Part shown: positions 10,908 to 20,627 of the stretch, in pieces
Layout: every line of letters starts with the position of its first letter
How positions within the stretch are numbered: the stretch's first letter is position 1
Virus record (IMG/VR): IMGVR_UViG_3300045256_000415
Source of the DNA: an uncultured virus (IMG/VR IMGVR_UViG_3300045256_000415)
Taxonomy: Duplodnaviria > Heunggongvirae > Uroviricota > Caudoviricetes
DNA length: 64,000 nt
Reading direction: 5' to 3' (one strand)
The notes under the pieces: model-generated
Database searches by the model: none
What the model was told of the DNA's origin: nothing
What the model saw: only the letters and a program-made list of their open reading frames with translations
Translations under genes and position numbers: made by a program

Positions 10908-11465
10908 TTAGTGATCCGGAAGGGCTTTGCAGGTCATCAGATAGATGCCCAATGCCCTATGTAGCTTGTCCGCAAGCCTCTTTTGACACTTCGGATCGTC
11001 GATGTGCCAGACAATCCTTTTGCATACGTTATGCACCGCCACTTCCTGATTCCTCTCCATCAGACTACGCCCAACCGGATCGCTGTACTCCGGTTTTTTA
11101 AAGCCGACAGTCCAGGACACGGAGTGTTCACAGCGGGAGTGCCAGACGCTCAGGACAACGTGGGACTTGCCAAGATAGGCTCTCTCCCAAGGAAGTGGGT
11201 CACGCTTGAAGCTACCATCGTGTAGAGAGGTTTCCACACGGAAGAAGTGTTCGCGACCCCGCCAGGGATTGGCGAGTTCTTCAATGAACCCTTCTGGCTT
11301 GGGCAGACGGATACGGATGATGAAGACGGCGTTCACCAAGTCGTGTGGGCCGGCTGGTGAACGCCCCATGTCGAAGATTGTCCATTCGGTGTACTCATTC
11401 TCCTCGATGATCTTCTCAATTTCTTCCTGGACCATCATAGAGAACGCATGCACCAGATCGATCAT
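10908..11465 (-). CDS. hypothetical protein (DP motif family)
   Basis: 185 aa, coupled to the upstream gene; C-terminal WHIDDPKCQKRL. Confidence 0.7.
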   Translation of the reverse strand: MIDLVHAFSMMVQEEIEKIIEENEYTEWTIFDMGRSPAGPHDLVNAVFIIRIRLPKPEGFIEELANPWRGREHFFRVETSLHDGSFKRDPLPWERAYLGKSHVVLSVWHSRCEHSVSWTVGFKKPEYSDPVGRSLMERNQEVAVHNVCKRIVWHIDDPKCQKRLADKLHRALGIYLMTCKALPDH

Positions 11466-11944
11466 TTCGACAGCTTCTTGTTGAAGTAGTCCTTCATGGC
11501 GGCGGGGTCGATCCCTTCCATGATCCCCAGAAACTCGTCAGTGTCGGGGTCCCATGGTCGCCACAATTCGTTGTTCCACAACACCCGCACCTTGTATTCG
11601 GTACCTACTGCGATGGTCCCGATGATGAGAGGGTCGGCTTCCGGGTCAGCTAGTTCCCCGCTGCCGAACTCCACTACCGTCCTCTGCGGCGACTGGCTCT
11701 CGACGGCGAACACCCGGAACTGTTTCTGCCCCATAAGATTGGCCATCGAGAAACCAGGTTCGTCGATGAGTGGGCATAACGACAGCTTGCGTCGTTCACT
11801 CCACTTGGGCAGCCCGCTGGATGGCATGTCGTAGCAGAGCCGGACCTGCTTACAGTCCTCGCAGGGGCCTCGACTAAGGCCGATGCCCTTAGGCCAGTTG
11901 TTCACGATTCGGCACTCTTCACAGTAGAACATTATGAGACTCAC
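11462..11944 (-). CDS. hypothetical protein with N-terminal CxxC...CxxC
   Basis: CEEC...CEDC; 160 aa. Confidence 0.65.
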   Translation of the reverse strand: MSLIMFYCEECRIVNNWPKGIGLSRGPCEDCKQVRLCYDMPSSGLPKWSERRKLSLCPLIDEPGFSMANLMGQKQFRVFAVESQSPQRTVVEFGSGELADPEADPLIIGTIAVGTEYKVRVLWNNELWRPWDPDTDEFLGIMEGIDPAAMKDYFNKKLSK

Positions 11945-12097
11945 TTGCGGAAGTTCAGTTCGAAGATTTCACGATCCTTGTGGGTGGGACCACCGGCCGC
12001 ACCGTACAAAGGACCGACACGGTTGATGATGAGCTGCTGCAGTTCTTCACGAGTGACGTTCCGCAGGACCGGCTTCACCTCAGGAACTCACCTAGGG

Positions 12098-12535
12098 CTT
12101 GCTGCATAGCAAGTGACGGTAGCACAGAGGCTTGTGGCTGAAAAGGCGTACCTTCATGAACGTACTCAGTACACACCTGCCAGTCACTCGTCACTTGATC
12201 CATGTGGCTCAGTAGGACACCATCGAGTTCACCACCACACAGCGGAGGTTACCTTGCCACTTATTGAATGGGTTGCCGGGGTCGGCGAACCGGGCTGTCA
12301 GGGCCTGACTGTAGGTGGGCATCGGGCCGACACTTGAATACGGCTACAATTGTGAGGCGACATTCCCCTAGCACGTTGTTGGTTGAGTGGGCCTGCTTTG
12401 CCGGTACCGACTGAGACTTGAAAGATAGATTGGGCTCCCACCACCAAGGGGGGATTAACGATGGTCGCTAGCCACTGAGAGGAGGTGATCCATCTCGCTG
12501 GCCGGGACCCTCTTAAGGCCCGGCCAGTTGTATTC
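12098..12535 (+). ncRNA. large structured ncRNA candidate; 5' domain resembles the raiA motif RNA
   Basis: ORF-poor gap between minus-strand genes; helices CAAGUG(12110-15)/CACUUG(12331-36), GGCUUG(12129-34)/CGGGCC(12323-28), GAAUACGG(12336-43)/UUGUAUUC(12528-35); hairpin CUGGCCGGG/CCCGGCCAG; G.U pairs favour the + strand. Confidence 0.6.
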
Positions 12536-12693
12536 CTCAGCCGCGTTCTTTCCACTTCGTCCCGCACGTCGGACAGTCGAGATTCAAGTCTTTCCCGACC
12601 AACGCTAGTCGCAGACCGTTACTAGCCACCAGCCCTGGATGTCCCCGACGTTGGTGTACCATCATTGCTGCCGGAAAATGTCGCCGAATCGCA

Positions 12694-13136
12694 TCATTCT
12701 CCTTTAAGCAGCGACTTGATTGCGTTCGGGTCCGTCTGGAGGGAGTCAACCATCTTCTGGAATTCCGTAGCCGAGACGGTCTTCATCTGGGCCAGAGTCC
12801 AGGTCTTGGTTACAGGGCGGCTGGGCTTGAGCACACCCTCATAGATGGTGCAAGTGATTGATGCCTCCTTCCCGACCTCGAACTTGATGTCGATTTCCTT
12901 CACGCTGGGCACCCATTTACACTCGTAATGTAACCAACAGGCATGCTCTTCCATGGCTGTTGCATTGGCGGGGGGACGCCGAATCTGGCTACAACAAGGA
13001 ACTTGTCTCGATATGCATAGGACAACCGCAAGGGCGGTAGGACCGACCCTTGCGGCAAGAGTTCGAAGGAGTCGCCGTCGAGGACGCTTCCCTGCAAAGT
13101 GACCAGAAGCGGGGAGACATGGTGTTCCTGTTGCAT
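12694..13136 (-). pseudogene. hypothetical protein, probably one gene split by a frameshift
   Basis: ...GYITSVNG joins VPSVKEIDIKF... if one G is restored to the G-run near 12912; two coupled ORFs is the alternative. Confidence 0.45.
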
Positions 13137-13576
13137 CAGTCGTCGCTCCCACCGAACCCGCGGTTTTCATACTCGTCGTTATCATCGCGGGCGGCCCGCA
13201 GCTTGGTGGGCTTCTCCGGGGCCTTGCCCTTCTCGAACCATTCCGTAGATTGGTTGTAGAGGGCGGCGTCGAGCTCGTTGAGTTTGTCGATGAGCTTCAG
13301 CCCTTCCTCGACATCGGCCTTGCCGGTCTTGCGGTGTGCGATCCGCCAGTGGTCGAGGCGGAACCCTGTGCGGGAGTATTCCTGCATCAACTTGTTGTTG
13401 TTGAGCCACTTGACCCACTCGCGGCGGCAGTCGATGCACATGGCCCAGACCACGCCGAAGTTCGTCTGGACTTCCGTGATCCGCAGGGCAGCGGCTGATT
13501 CCTGGTCGATCCCCTCGTCGTACCCCTTCTTCTCAGGAGCAGCCCCACAACGCTCGCACTTATATTCTTTGTACAT
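13136..13576 (-). CDS. hypothetical zinc-finger protein
   Basis: CERC...CIDC; GGAG SD before ATG at 13576. Confidence 0.75.
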   Translation of the reverse strand: MYKEYKCERCGAAPEKKGYDEGIDQESAAALRITEVQTNFGVVWAMCIDCRREWVKWLNNNKLMQEYSRTGFRLDHWRIAHRKTGKADVEEGLKLIDKLNELDAALYNQSTEWFEKGKAPEKPTKLRAARDDNDEYENRGFGGSDD

Positions 13577-13964
13577 TTCTACTCCAGAAGTTGTGATTGT
13601 GTCTAAATACGGCAAGGGTAGGGGGTCAACCCGACCCTATTCTCCCATTGTTGTCCAGTTCACAGACGGGCCGGCTGATGGCTCAGGAGGGTGAGGTCGA
13701 TGATCGACTCGTTCTTCTGCACGGTCTGCCTGATGTAGTCGTCCGTCTCCACGCCCACGACCTTGAATGATTCGATCGTCTGCCGGTCACTCTGTTGCTC
13801 GACTTGGGGCAGAACGTCGTTGATGGTCTTCTCGGCGAAGTCGTACTCCTTCGTCTCCAGCCGATTAACACACTCTTCCAAGTCCTCTAAGGCAGCCGCT
13901 CTAGCCGCTGAGCTAACCGGGCTCACCAAAGAAGGATACAACGACGTGTGACAGGTTCGCGTTC

Positions 13965-14573
13965 TTAAGTAAGCTGCGATTTGAAAGTGAATTGTGATAG
14001 AGCCCACGCCCAGGCCGTCGGATCACCAGGGAAAGCGATCGCCGCATCCATGTGCCGATTATGAGCCAACGCCAACCCCCAATCAGGTTCGTGAGCGTTA
14101 TTCATCACTAACAGATGCCACTGGAGTTTGGGGTGAAGACGGTTTATGAGATACGTCAACTTCTCGGCATCCCCGCGTCCGCAATTTCGCCGTACAAACA
14201 GTACTGGTTCCTCTGATGCTAGGGCACGCCGAAAGTTGTCAATCTTGTGGGCGAACTTGGCCTGCACTTCAGGGCAGTCTAGCGGGGCTGTTCCTTTGAA
14301 ATCATAGAGGAACATACAGCCGTATCGACGATCGAAGATGTACCGTAGAGGCCCATCGGTGGCCACTTCATGAAGTATAGCTGGGTCAAGGTAACCGCGG
14401 AAGTCGTCTTGCAGGATCGAACACAGACCAACGATTGGTGTGAGGGTGTGATCGAAGGGGCCGTTGATGTAGGGGATGTTGTGGGCTTTGATGTGGTGGA
14501 TGGGTACGCAGTCGCCGCCGAGACTAACGGCGACCGAGAAGACCGGTAGTGCACGTTTTTCGTGGACTAACAT
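13965..14573 (-). CDS. DUF1796-like putative papain-like peptidase
   Basis: VSLGGDC...GPFD...VLFVR pattern. Confidence 0.7.
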   Translation of the reverse strand: MLVHEKRALPVFSVAVSLGGDCVPIHHIKAHNIPYINGPFDHTLTPIVGLCSILQDDFRGYLDPAILHEVATDGPLRYIFDRRYGCMFLYDFKGTAPLDCPEVQAKFAHKIDNFRRALASEEPVLFVRRNCGRGDAEKLTYLINRLHPKLQWHLLVMNNAHEPDWGLALAHNRHMDAAIAFPGDPTAWAWALSQFTFKSQLT

Positions 14574-14620
14574 ATACTAGTTATCGTTCGACTTCCGAAA
14601 GCTAGCTAGTGAGCAGGATT

Positions 14621-14757
14621 CTTTCAATGTGAAGTGGTGGGCGAACTAAGCAGGGGCGTGATCGGCCTGATATGCCCCAAAGTCTAGATCACCGCTGCTT
14701 TCAATGTGAACTGTCGCAGCACCATCGTCCGCCAGTTTCCCTCTTTTCAATGTGTGA
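14621..14757. repeat. three short direct repeats (C)TTTCAATGTG
   Basis: CTTTCAATGTGAA at 14621 and 14698; CTTTTCAATGTG at 14743. Confidence 0.7.
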
Positions 14758-14796
14758 GATTTCTATTCAGCATGGTCAGTCAGATCTTCGAGCACT

Positions 14797-15408
14797 TTAG
14801 CCGACATGAGCACTCTCCGGTTTAGAACGCCGTGGCATCGCCGAGCCCAACTTCTCCCAGAGGTTAGTTGGAATCATCCACCCTCCGCTGCCCTTATCAC
14901 CCCACGCGGGTTTATAGATCGTCTTACCACTTTCGATCAGGCGGTTGATCTCACGGACTGAAAGAGCAAACACGTTCATGCTACCATCCATGTAGACGTA
15001 GTATCCATCCTCGAAGAACCGTTCATCCACGTAGCGAGTGAGATTCAAGCCGCAGGCGAGTTCCAGATGCCGCAGTTTGAACCGTTCTACAAAGGCTCCC
15101 AGCGATTTTGAAGTATCAAGCTCCTGGAAACGCGGTGTCTTCATCAGCACCTTGAACTCGTAGACCCGTTTCCGGTCATGAGCATCGATCGGCGGGTGAG
15201 TACAGCGGCCGAAGACATCGCGTAGTTTCCGCACTGGCTCCTTAGCCCACTTGGTCATGAAAGTACGGAGTCGGGCTTCGTGTGGGCCATCCTCATCCTC
15301 ATCCCCGTTGTAGTAGAAGGCATGATGAACCGGCTGGAGCAGGGAGCAGTAGGTCACTAGTGGCAGGCCATGCTGCGTGACTAGTTCATTAAATTCTTGG
15401 TCAGTCAT
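14797..15408 (-). CDS. hypothetical protein, possible PD-(D/E)XK nuclease
   Basis: PPIDAHD...VYEFKV resembles the D...ExK signature. Confidence 0.5.
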   Translation of the reverse strand: MTDQEFNELVTQHGLPLVTYCSLLQPVHHAFYYNGDEDEDGPHEARLRTFMTKWAKEPVRKLRDVFGRCTHPPIDAHDRKRVYEFKVLMKTPRFQELDTSKSLGAFVERFKLRHLELACGLNLTRYVDERFFEDGYYVYMDGSMNVFALSVREINRLIESGKTIYKPAWGDKGSGGWMIPTNLWEKLGSAMPRRSKPESAHVG

Positions 15409-16003
15409 GTTTGATAGCCTTATAGCGTTGAGCGAAGAGCGGCCGTTTAGACTTCAACACGTACAGCCGGGATTCAATATCGCCATATTCGTCAAACTCC
15501 GACGATACCTTCTGCTGCTGGACAATCCATTCCATCCGGCACTGAGTCTCCCCCAGTTTACAATCCAGATCGAACCATACATGGTCGAGCAAACGCTCGA
15601 AGCATCGCGGGTCCGCCAGCGAATAGACGCACTGCTGGCGAAGGATCTCGTCGTAGTAGCTGAACCCATCACCGTTGAGCCGAATTTCAGCCAGGACGAT
15701 GTTCGGATTGGTGTTAGGCTGGCGGGGACAGAAACACCAGTCGTAGCCGTCCGCGAGGCCCCGGTAAACGTCGATCTGGTACAGATCGGGCTCGGTGTTG
15801 ATCGTGCCCCAGACCGTCTGGGTGTTCTCCGCAAAGAACGTTGTGCTGATTAGGAGTTCAGGCTCGTAGATCGTCTTGAGGATGAGTTCGAATTCACCGG
15901 CTATGATCGCAAGAGGGGACGCCCCTTCGCCAAGATTGTCGAGAAATCTGCCAGGAGCTTCCTCTTCTCCTCCGATGGTAGCCGGTTGTGTCGCGTGCGG
16001 CAC
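15401..16003 (-). CDS. hypothetical protein (LADP motif family), start uncertain
   Basis: Contains YSLADPRCFERL. Confidence 0.6.
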   Translation of the reverse strand: MPHATQPATIGGEEEAPGRFLDNLGEGASPLAIIAGEFELILKTIYEPELLISTTFFAENTQTVWGTINTEPDLYQIDVYRGLADGYDWCFCPRQPNTNPNIVLAEIRLNGDGFSYYDEILRQQCVYSLADPRCFERLLDHVWFDLDCKLGETQCRMEWIVQQQKVSSEFDEYGDIESRLYVLKSKRPLFAQRYKAIKHD

Positions 16004-16038
16004 GTCCCCTCTCCCTGATTGTCCCAGCGGATGGTGAT

Positions 16039-16373
16039 TTAGAAGACCGTGTGCACAACTTCTTCCGGCTCCACCGTATACCAGAAGTCAGGGTTGTCCA
16101 TAACGGAGACGCTACCGAGAGACAGTCGCAACCGGACCGCCACCGGGGGTGACTCAGGCCCAGGGCCGTACCCCACGTTCATCCAGTAGGAGCCGTAGAG
16201 AAGATGCGTTTCGCATGTCCAGGGGGCGGTAATGGATACAGACGGTGCAGACACAGACGTGATTCCCCACTCTTCAACCACAGACGGTCGATATGGGGGA
16301 GTTTGTGCCTGATGGCGATAGAGAACCGGACCGACGGGTCATCGAGCTTCGTGATTATCTCAGGTGGCAGCAT
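16039..16373 (-). pseudogene. frameshifted cupin-like phage protein
   Basis: DRLWL...RLCLHRLYP in one frame, PW...GSYWMNVGYG...PPVA...MDNPDFW in another. Confidence 0.5.
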
Positions 16374-16420
16374 CTGAGTTTCCCACTTATAAGTAAACCT
16401 AAGACAACAGGAGAGAAACC

Positions 16421-16990
16421 ATGCGAATCAAGCTGGTTATCAGCGAGCAGCCGCGGACGACTCACCCTCTGATGATGTTCGCCCGTAAAAACGGCCGCTA
16501 CGTGCGACCAATCCGTGGGGACGCCATGGACGTTCGGATGGAGGATATGGGCGAACTACAGAACGCCGCCCGATCCAAAAAGTTCATCAACTACATCCTA
16601 CCTTTACCACCGATCGCCGATCAAGCTGGTAAGTTTGGGGTGATGAACTTCGGCTTCCTGGATAAAATCATCGGCGACGGGCCAGAGTTACAAGCCCTAA
16701 TCGCATCAAACAAATACTTCGTTTTCCCAGACAGCCCGCAATCGGAATTTTGGCAATTCACCCAACGCCCCTGGTGGGAATTCGCTGAAGTCCTGGACGA
16801 GCATGGCGGAGTCATCAAGGCCCCGCTCGTGCCGCGGCCCGGCGAGTTCACCGCCGAAGAAATCGACGAACGGCTGGATGAATATGAAGAGAATCGGGGG
16901 AAGGCAGAAGTGTTATCGCCCCTGACACTAGAAAAGATGCTAGCCGGGACGGTGAAGGAGTCTTACCTCAAGAAACTCAAACGGATTTAA
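16421..16990 (+). CDS. hypothetical protein, possible head-associated
   Basis: AGGAG SD; N-terminus MRIKLVISE. Confidence 0.75.
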   Translation: MRIKLVISEQPRTTHPLMMFARKNGRYVRPIRGDAMDVRMEDMGELQNAARSKKFINYILPLPPIADQAGKFGVMNFGFLDKIIGDGPELQALIASNKYFVFPDSPQSEFWQFTQRPWWEFAEVLDEHGGVIKAPLVPRPGEFTAEEIDERLDEYEENRGKAEVLSPLTLEKMLAGTVKESYLKKLKRI

Positions 16991-17401
16991 ATTCAAGACG
17001 GGGTAGCAGCCACTCGCAAGCACGGTCGAGAACCCATCCCAGCACCCGGCCGGGATCATCTTGGAACAGATCAATCAGGAACTCTTTAGGATCACCGATC
17101 GGGTACATCTTCATTTCCGGCCCCTTAGTGATATAGATTTCGGCTGAGCGGCGGGGTGCCCGTCGCTCTTCACCTAATCGGCACCGGTGGGTGCGGACCG
17201 ACATTCCCCCCATCATCGATGTAGAACTCCACCACAACTGCACGGTATTCGTCAGTGAGTAGTTCATCGGGACGATGGCGGCAGAACACCGCCATCGTGT
17301 CTGAGTGGGAGTTGCCTTTGTGGACCGAGATAGTCGAGGCCATCAGCCTCGACTCGGAATTGATGCAGTCGGCGACCTCTTGTTTGAGAGCCGCGGCTGC
17401 A

Positions 17402-17920
17402 TCATTCATCATCGTTCTCCGCCTCGTCCTTCTTACCGTGGTCGCAGCCCGGCCCACACTTGTGGTCGGGGTCCGTCAGTCCCGCCGCGGCCTTCGCCTT
17501 CTCCAGCATGTCCCCCAGAACGGTGTACTCCACGATCTTCGGCTCGTGATCCTTATGCGGGGTTAGAACCATCTGTAAGTCGTCCTTGTTCTCGATCAGC
17601 GTGTACTTCACCTTGCCAAACAGGAGGCCGACCGCCTCGATCAGGTTGTCCATCCGGCCGATGGTCGTGGAGAACATCCGGGCCGGCTTCTCCGTGCACG
17701 TCTTGTAGGCTTCCTCCACCCGCAGGAGGGTAGCCACGGTGTGGTCGTCCACCGGAATCAGCGTGTACTGCCCGCCGTGCTTGAGGCCCCGCAGGGTCAT
17801 CTGGTTGGGGTCCAGCACCTTGTCGTCCAGGAGGGACTTGAACACCGACTCTTCCATTTCGACCACTGCCACGTGGTCACCCATGGCGACGTTGAACACC
17901 CGGAATCGCTCTTTGGCCAT
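17402..17920 (-). CDS. hypothetical protein
   Basis: Strongly GC3-biased codons; His/acidic C-terminus. Confidence 0.8.
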   Translation of the reverse strand: MAKERFRVFNVAMGDHVAVVEMEESVFKSLLDDKVLDPNQMTLRGLKHGGQYTLIPVDDHTVATLLRVEEAYKTCTEKPARMFSTTIGRMDNLIEAVGLLFGKVKYTLIENKDDLQMVLTPHKDHEPKIVEYTVLGDMLEKAKAAAGLTDPDHKCGPGCDHGKKDEAENDDE

Positions 17921-18062
17921 GATCGTTACCTGTCCTTGAAAGAAGTGTGTTTGTTGATCCAGTCTGCCAGCACCGAGAGCCCAACCCCGACACACATTGC
18001 GAGGATTAGGAGCATCGCGATCTTCTGTGGCAAATCGCATAGCTCCTGTAAAGATTGAGCCA

Positions 18063-18295
18063 TCACTTCCTCCGGGTTGGTGCTACGACCTTCCGGGCGT
18101 AGTCACGAGTTGCAGCGTCGATCAGTTCATCCAGGTACAGGTCATCCTTGGGGCAATGGCCTTTCCAACCGCTGTTGTACTTGATCTTGGTGATGATGGT
18201 TTGGGCGTAGAACTCAGCACGTCCCAGCGGTCCTTGTCTTTCTTCGGGAGCGGCATGATGGTGCCGAAGCCCGGCCGTTCACCTCTTCTGCTCAT
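18063..18295 (-). pseudogene. small gene with a 1-nt frameshift
   Basis: MSRRG...RWDVL continues as EFYAQTIITKIKYNSGWKGHCPKDDLYLDELID...RK* if CTG(G)AG is restored near 18215. Confidence 0.5.
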
Positions 18296-18306
18296 CCTGG
18301 GCCACA

Positions 18307-19218
18307 TCAGCGTCTAGCTTCCGGAGCGGTTTCGTCTCCAGCGTTAGGATTTTGGCATCGCCGCGCCAGAATCGTATGCAGCCATCGGAACCACGCAGGC
18401 ACGGACAGGTACTCAGCCCAGAATTGACGGCACCGAGCGAAGTAGTCCAGGTCTACCGTCTGCCAGTGATCCAGCACCGTCCGCTCGATGGCATTCAAAT
18501 CAGTGACGGTACAACACAGTCCCCACTCTTCTAACTCCGGCCTGGGGAGTAGTGTTCCTGTGTCAACCACCACCGGGATACGCCCGGCACACAGCGTCTC
18601 GAACATCCGGTAGGCGGTGTTAGCATAGCCACGCACGCAGAAGTTGTAGTCACACTCAGCCATTGTGCGTAGGAAGTCGATCTTGCCTTCCCGTTCCGCC
18701 ATCGAGTTTGGTTCGAACATGCAGTAGAAATACTTAGGACGCTCGATTACTTCCTTATCCAACTTTGTGGCTTTGAGAGCGGCGACCGCCTGCCTGCGAA
18801 TTTCGGCGGTGTGCGATGAGCCGCAGAACACTATCCGCGGCTTCTTTCTGAGAGTAATTGGGAGCGGTATTCGGCGGAGGTCCGGGGTGAGTGGGCTCCA
18901 ACCCGGCGAGGCGATACCGTTGAACCGCCAGTCGCGGTGGCCGGAGTGCATGATGTTGAAGAAGCCATCTAGTGGCACACCCTGATCTTCATTATTGAAG
19001 ACCAACAGCGGTTTCTTGAGTGCCCCGCCCATCCGGAGCAGTTCGAATGTCCAGTAGCGATTGGATTCGGTAAAGTAGTCGCGGTCGGCCGGGTGGAAGA
19101 GGAAGTCGGCCTCCTCTGGCCTGTCTACGAATAAGAACAGGTTACTCATTGAAGCCGTCATCCTTTGGACGAAGACGTTGGCAGGCCAGAAGCAGAGACG
19201 TATGTAATGGTGGATCAT
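18307..19218 (-). CDS. exostosin-like (GT47) glycosyltransferase
   Basis: EEADF, IVFCGS...IR, FCVRGY...YRMFETLCAGRIPVVV. Confidence 0.8.
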   Translation of the reverse strand: MIHHYIRLCFWPANVFVQRMTASMSNLFLFVDRPEEADFLFHPADRDYFTESNRYWTFELLRMGGALKKPLLVFNNEDQGVPLDGFFNIMHSGHRDWRFNGIASPGWSPLTPDLRRIPLPITLRKKPRIVFCGSSHTAEIRRQAVAALKATKLDKEVIERPKYFYCMFEPNSMAEREGKIDFLRTMAECDYNFCVRGYANTAYRMFETLCAGRIPVVVDTGTLLPRPELEEWGLCCTVTDLNAIERTVLDHWQTVDLDYFARCRQFWAEYLSVPAWFRWLHTILARRCQNPNAGDETAPEARR

Positions 19219-19413
19219 TTCTGTTCGCTGGGGACACGCCGAAGGATGCCGGCATCGCACAGGTCATCGAAGAAGAGGTTGAGACATAACTTCTTCGCGA
19301 TGTCCTGGTGGACCTCCCATATGTGTGCGTTGAGAGTGGCGAAGTCGTCCGCGGCCACCATCTTCCCACAATGGGGGCAGGTCACCACTCCATCGCTTTG
19401 AACTCTTACTCGC

Positions 19414-19620
19414 TCATCCCAACTCCGCGTTGATATTGTTCGCCTCCTGGAACTCGCAGCAGGCGTCTTCGGCCTCCGGCCCGCTGTCGTAGCCCCGGTC
19501 GGACCTGTACACCACGATCTCCTTGTTGCCAGATTGGTCGTAGTGGTAAATCTTCCAGTACCAGCCGCCGTCCTTCTGGATGGCTTCGTAATACATGTTC
19601 TTGCTGTGGTCAGTAGCCAT
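19414..19620 (-). CDS. hypothetical protein
   Basis: 68 aa, GWYWKI...SDRGY (YegP/DUF1508-like pattern). Confidence 0.55.
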   Translation of the reverse strand: MATDHSKNMYYEAIQKDGGWYWKIYHYDQSGNKEIVVYRSDRGYDSGPEAEDACCEFQEANNINAELG

Positions 19621-19694
19621 TAGTGTTCCGTGGTTTGAGAAGTGGAGCCACGGACACAATACGACCCGCCGGTCAAGGCGGATCGCGTCGAGGA

Positions 19695-20627
19695 TTATAC
19701 TACGCGGACCTTGGCCTTTGTTTGCTTCTTATCCAGAATATCTTTCCGCTCCCTGTCCGACAGCGGAATTCCAAGATCCTCTTTGATGTGCCTCACTGCT
19801 GATTTCTGAATCTGGCGGACCCGTTCCCTGGTGATGCCGTGCTCGACACCAAGCCGGTCTAGGGTGGCACTCTCGCGGCCAATCCCGAATCGACCGAGCA
19901 GCACCTTCTTCTCCCGCTTGTCCATTCTCTCCATGGCCCCGAAGAGCCGTATCAGATCCTCATTGAGGGGATCGAACGCGGGGTCCATGCTATCTGGGTC
20001 GGGGATAGGCAGTTCATCCACCGTGTAATTGGTGTAGGATAGTTCTCTTTTACCTCCGAAGTGGTCACGCCAGAAGTTCTTGAGGATAGCCCAAGATGCG
20101 TAAGTGCTGAACTTGATGTTCGAGCCTTTCACGTATGGGTTCGCCTTGTTACAGTCGTACTTGTCGATGGCCCGCAGGAGCGAGATGTTGCCATTGCTGA
20201 ACCAATCCTCGACCGTCATCCCCTCTTTTCGCTGCTTCTTGGCGAGGGAGGCGACGAGCCGGAGGTTGTGGTTGGCGATGTCGTTGCGGGTGGCGTAGGC
20301 AATCCGCATCATCCGATCATACTGCGGTTGGATGAGTTTGACGCAGGCAGCATTCGTTGCCATCTCTTGGCTTAACTGGAAGGCTTGGTATTTGTGGTAG
20401 TTCATTTTCATGAACAACATCCACTCCCCTTCGCGGCTCAATAGCGGGAAGCGGTAGAGCGGACGCAGGTAGGCCGGCACGTCCGGAGGGATGTTTGGAG
20501 CTTTGGTTTCGTTGACGACCGCTTCGGCCAGAGTGTAGTTGACAAGCTTGTTGATGAACGTCTCGTCCGTGAATTTCTCGCTGTAGCGGTAGTCGGCCTC
20601 CCAGGGCCCATCTTTAGCCTTACCCAT
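19695..20627 (-). CDS. sigma-70 family RNA polymerase sigma factor
   Basis: PLLSREGE (region 1.2), HNLRLVASLAK, GNISLLRAIDKYD, KFSTYASWAI, region 4 TLDRLG...ITRERVRQIQ. Confidence 0.93.
   Translation of the reverse strand: MGKAKDGPWEADYRYSEKFTDETFINKLVNYTLAEAVVNETKAPNIPPDVPAYLRPLYRFPLLSREGEWMLFMKMNYHKYQAFQLSQEMATNAACVKLIQPQYDRMMRIAYATRNDIANHNLRLVASLAKKQRKEGMTVEDWFSNGNISLLRAIDKYDCNKANPYVKGSNIKFSTYASWAILKNFWRDHFGGKRELSYTNYTVDELPIPDPDSMDPAFDPLNEDLIRLFGAMERMDKREKKVLLGRFGIGRESATLDRLGVEHGITRERVRQIQKSAVRHIKEDLGIPLSDRERKDILDKKQTKAKVRVV

Noticed and set aside
12400..12445. Group I intron R/S elements or a tmRNA/tRNA-like end (CUGAGACU...AAGAUAG; CCCACCACCA)
   Set aside because: P7 pairing cannot be formed, no interrupted gene lies on that strand, and no T-loop or acceptor stem is present
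14621..14757. Canonical CRISPR array
   Set aside because: The shared unit is only 11-13 nt, spacing is uneven and no cas genes are present; kept only as a low-confidence finding
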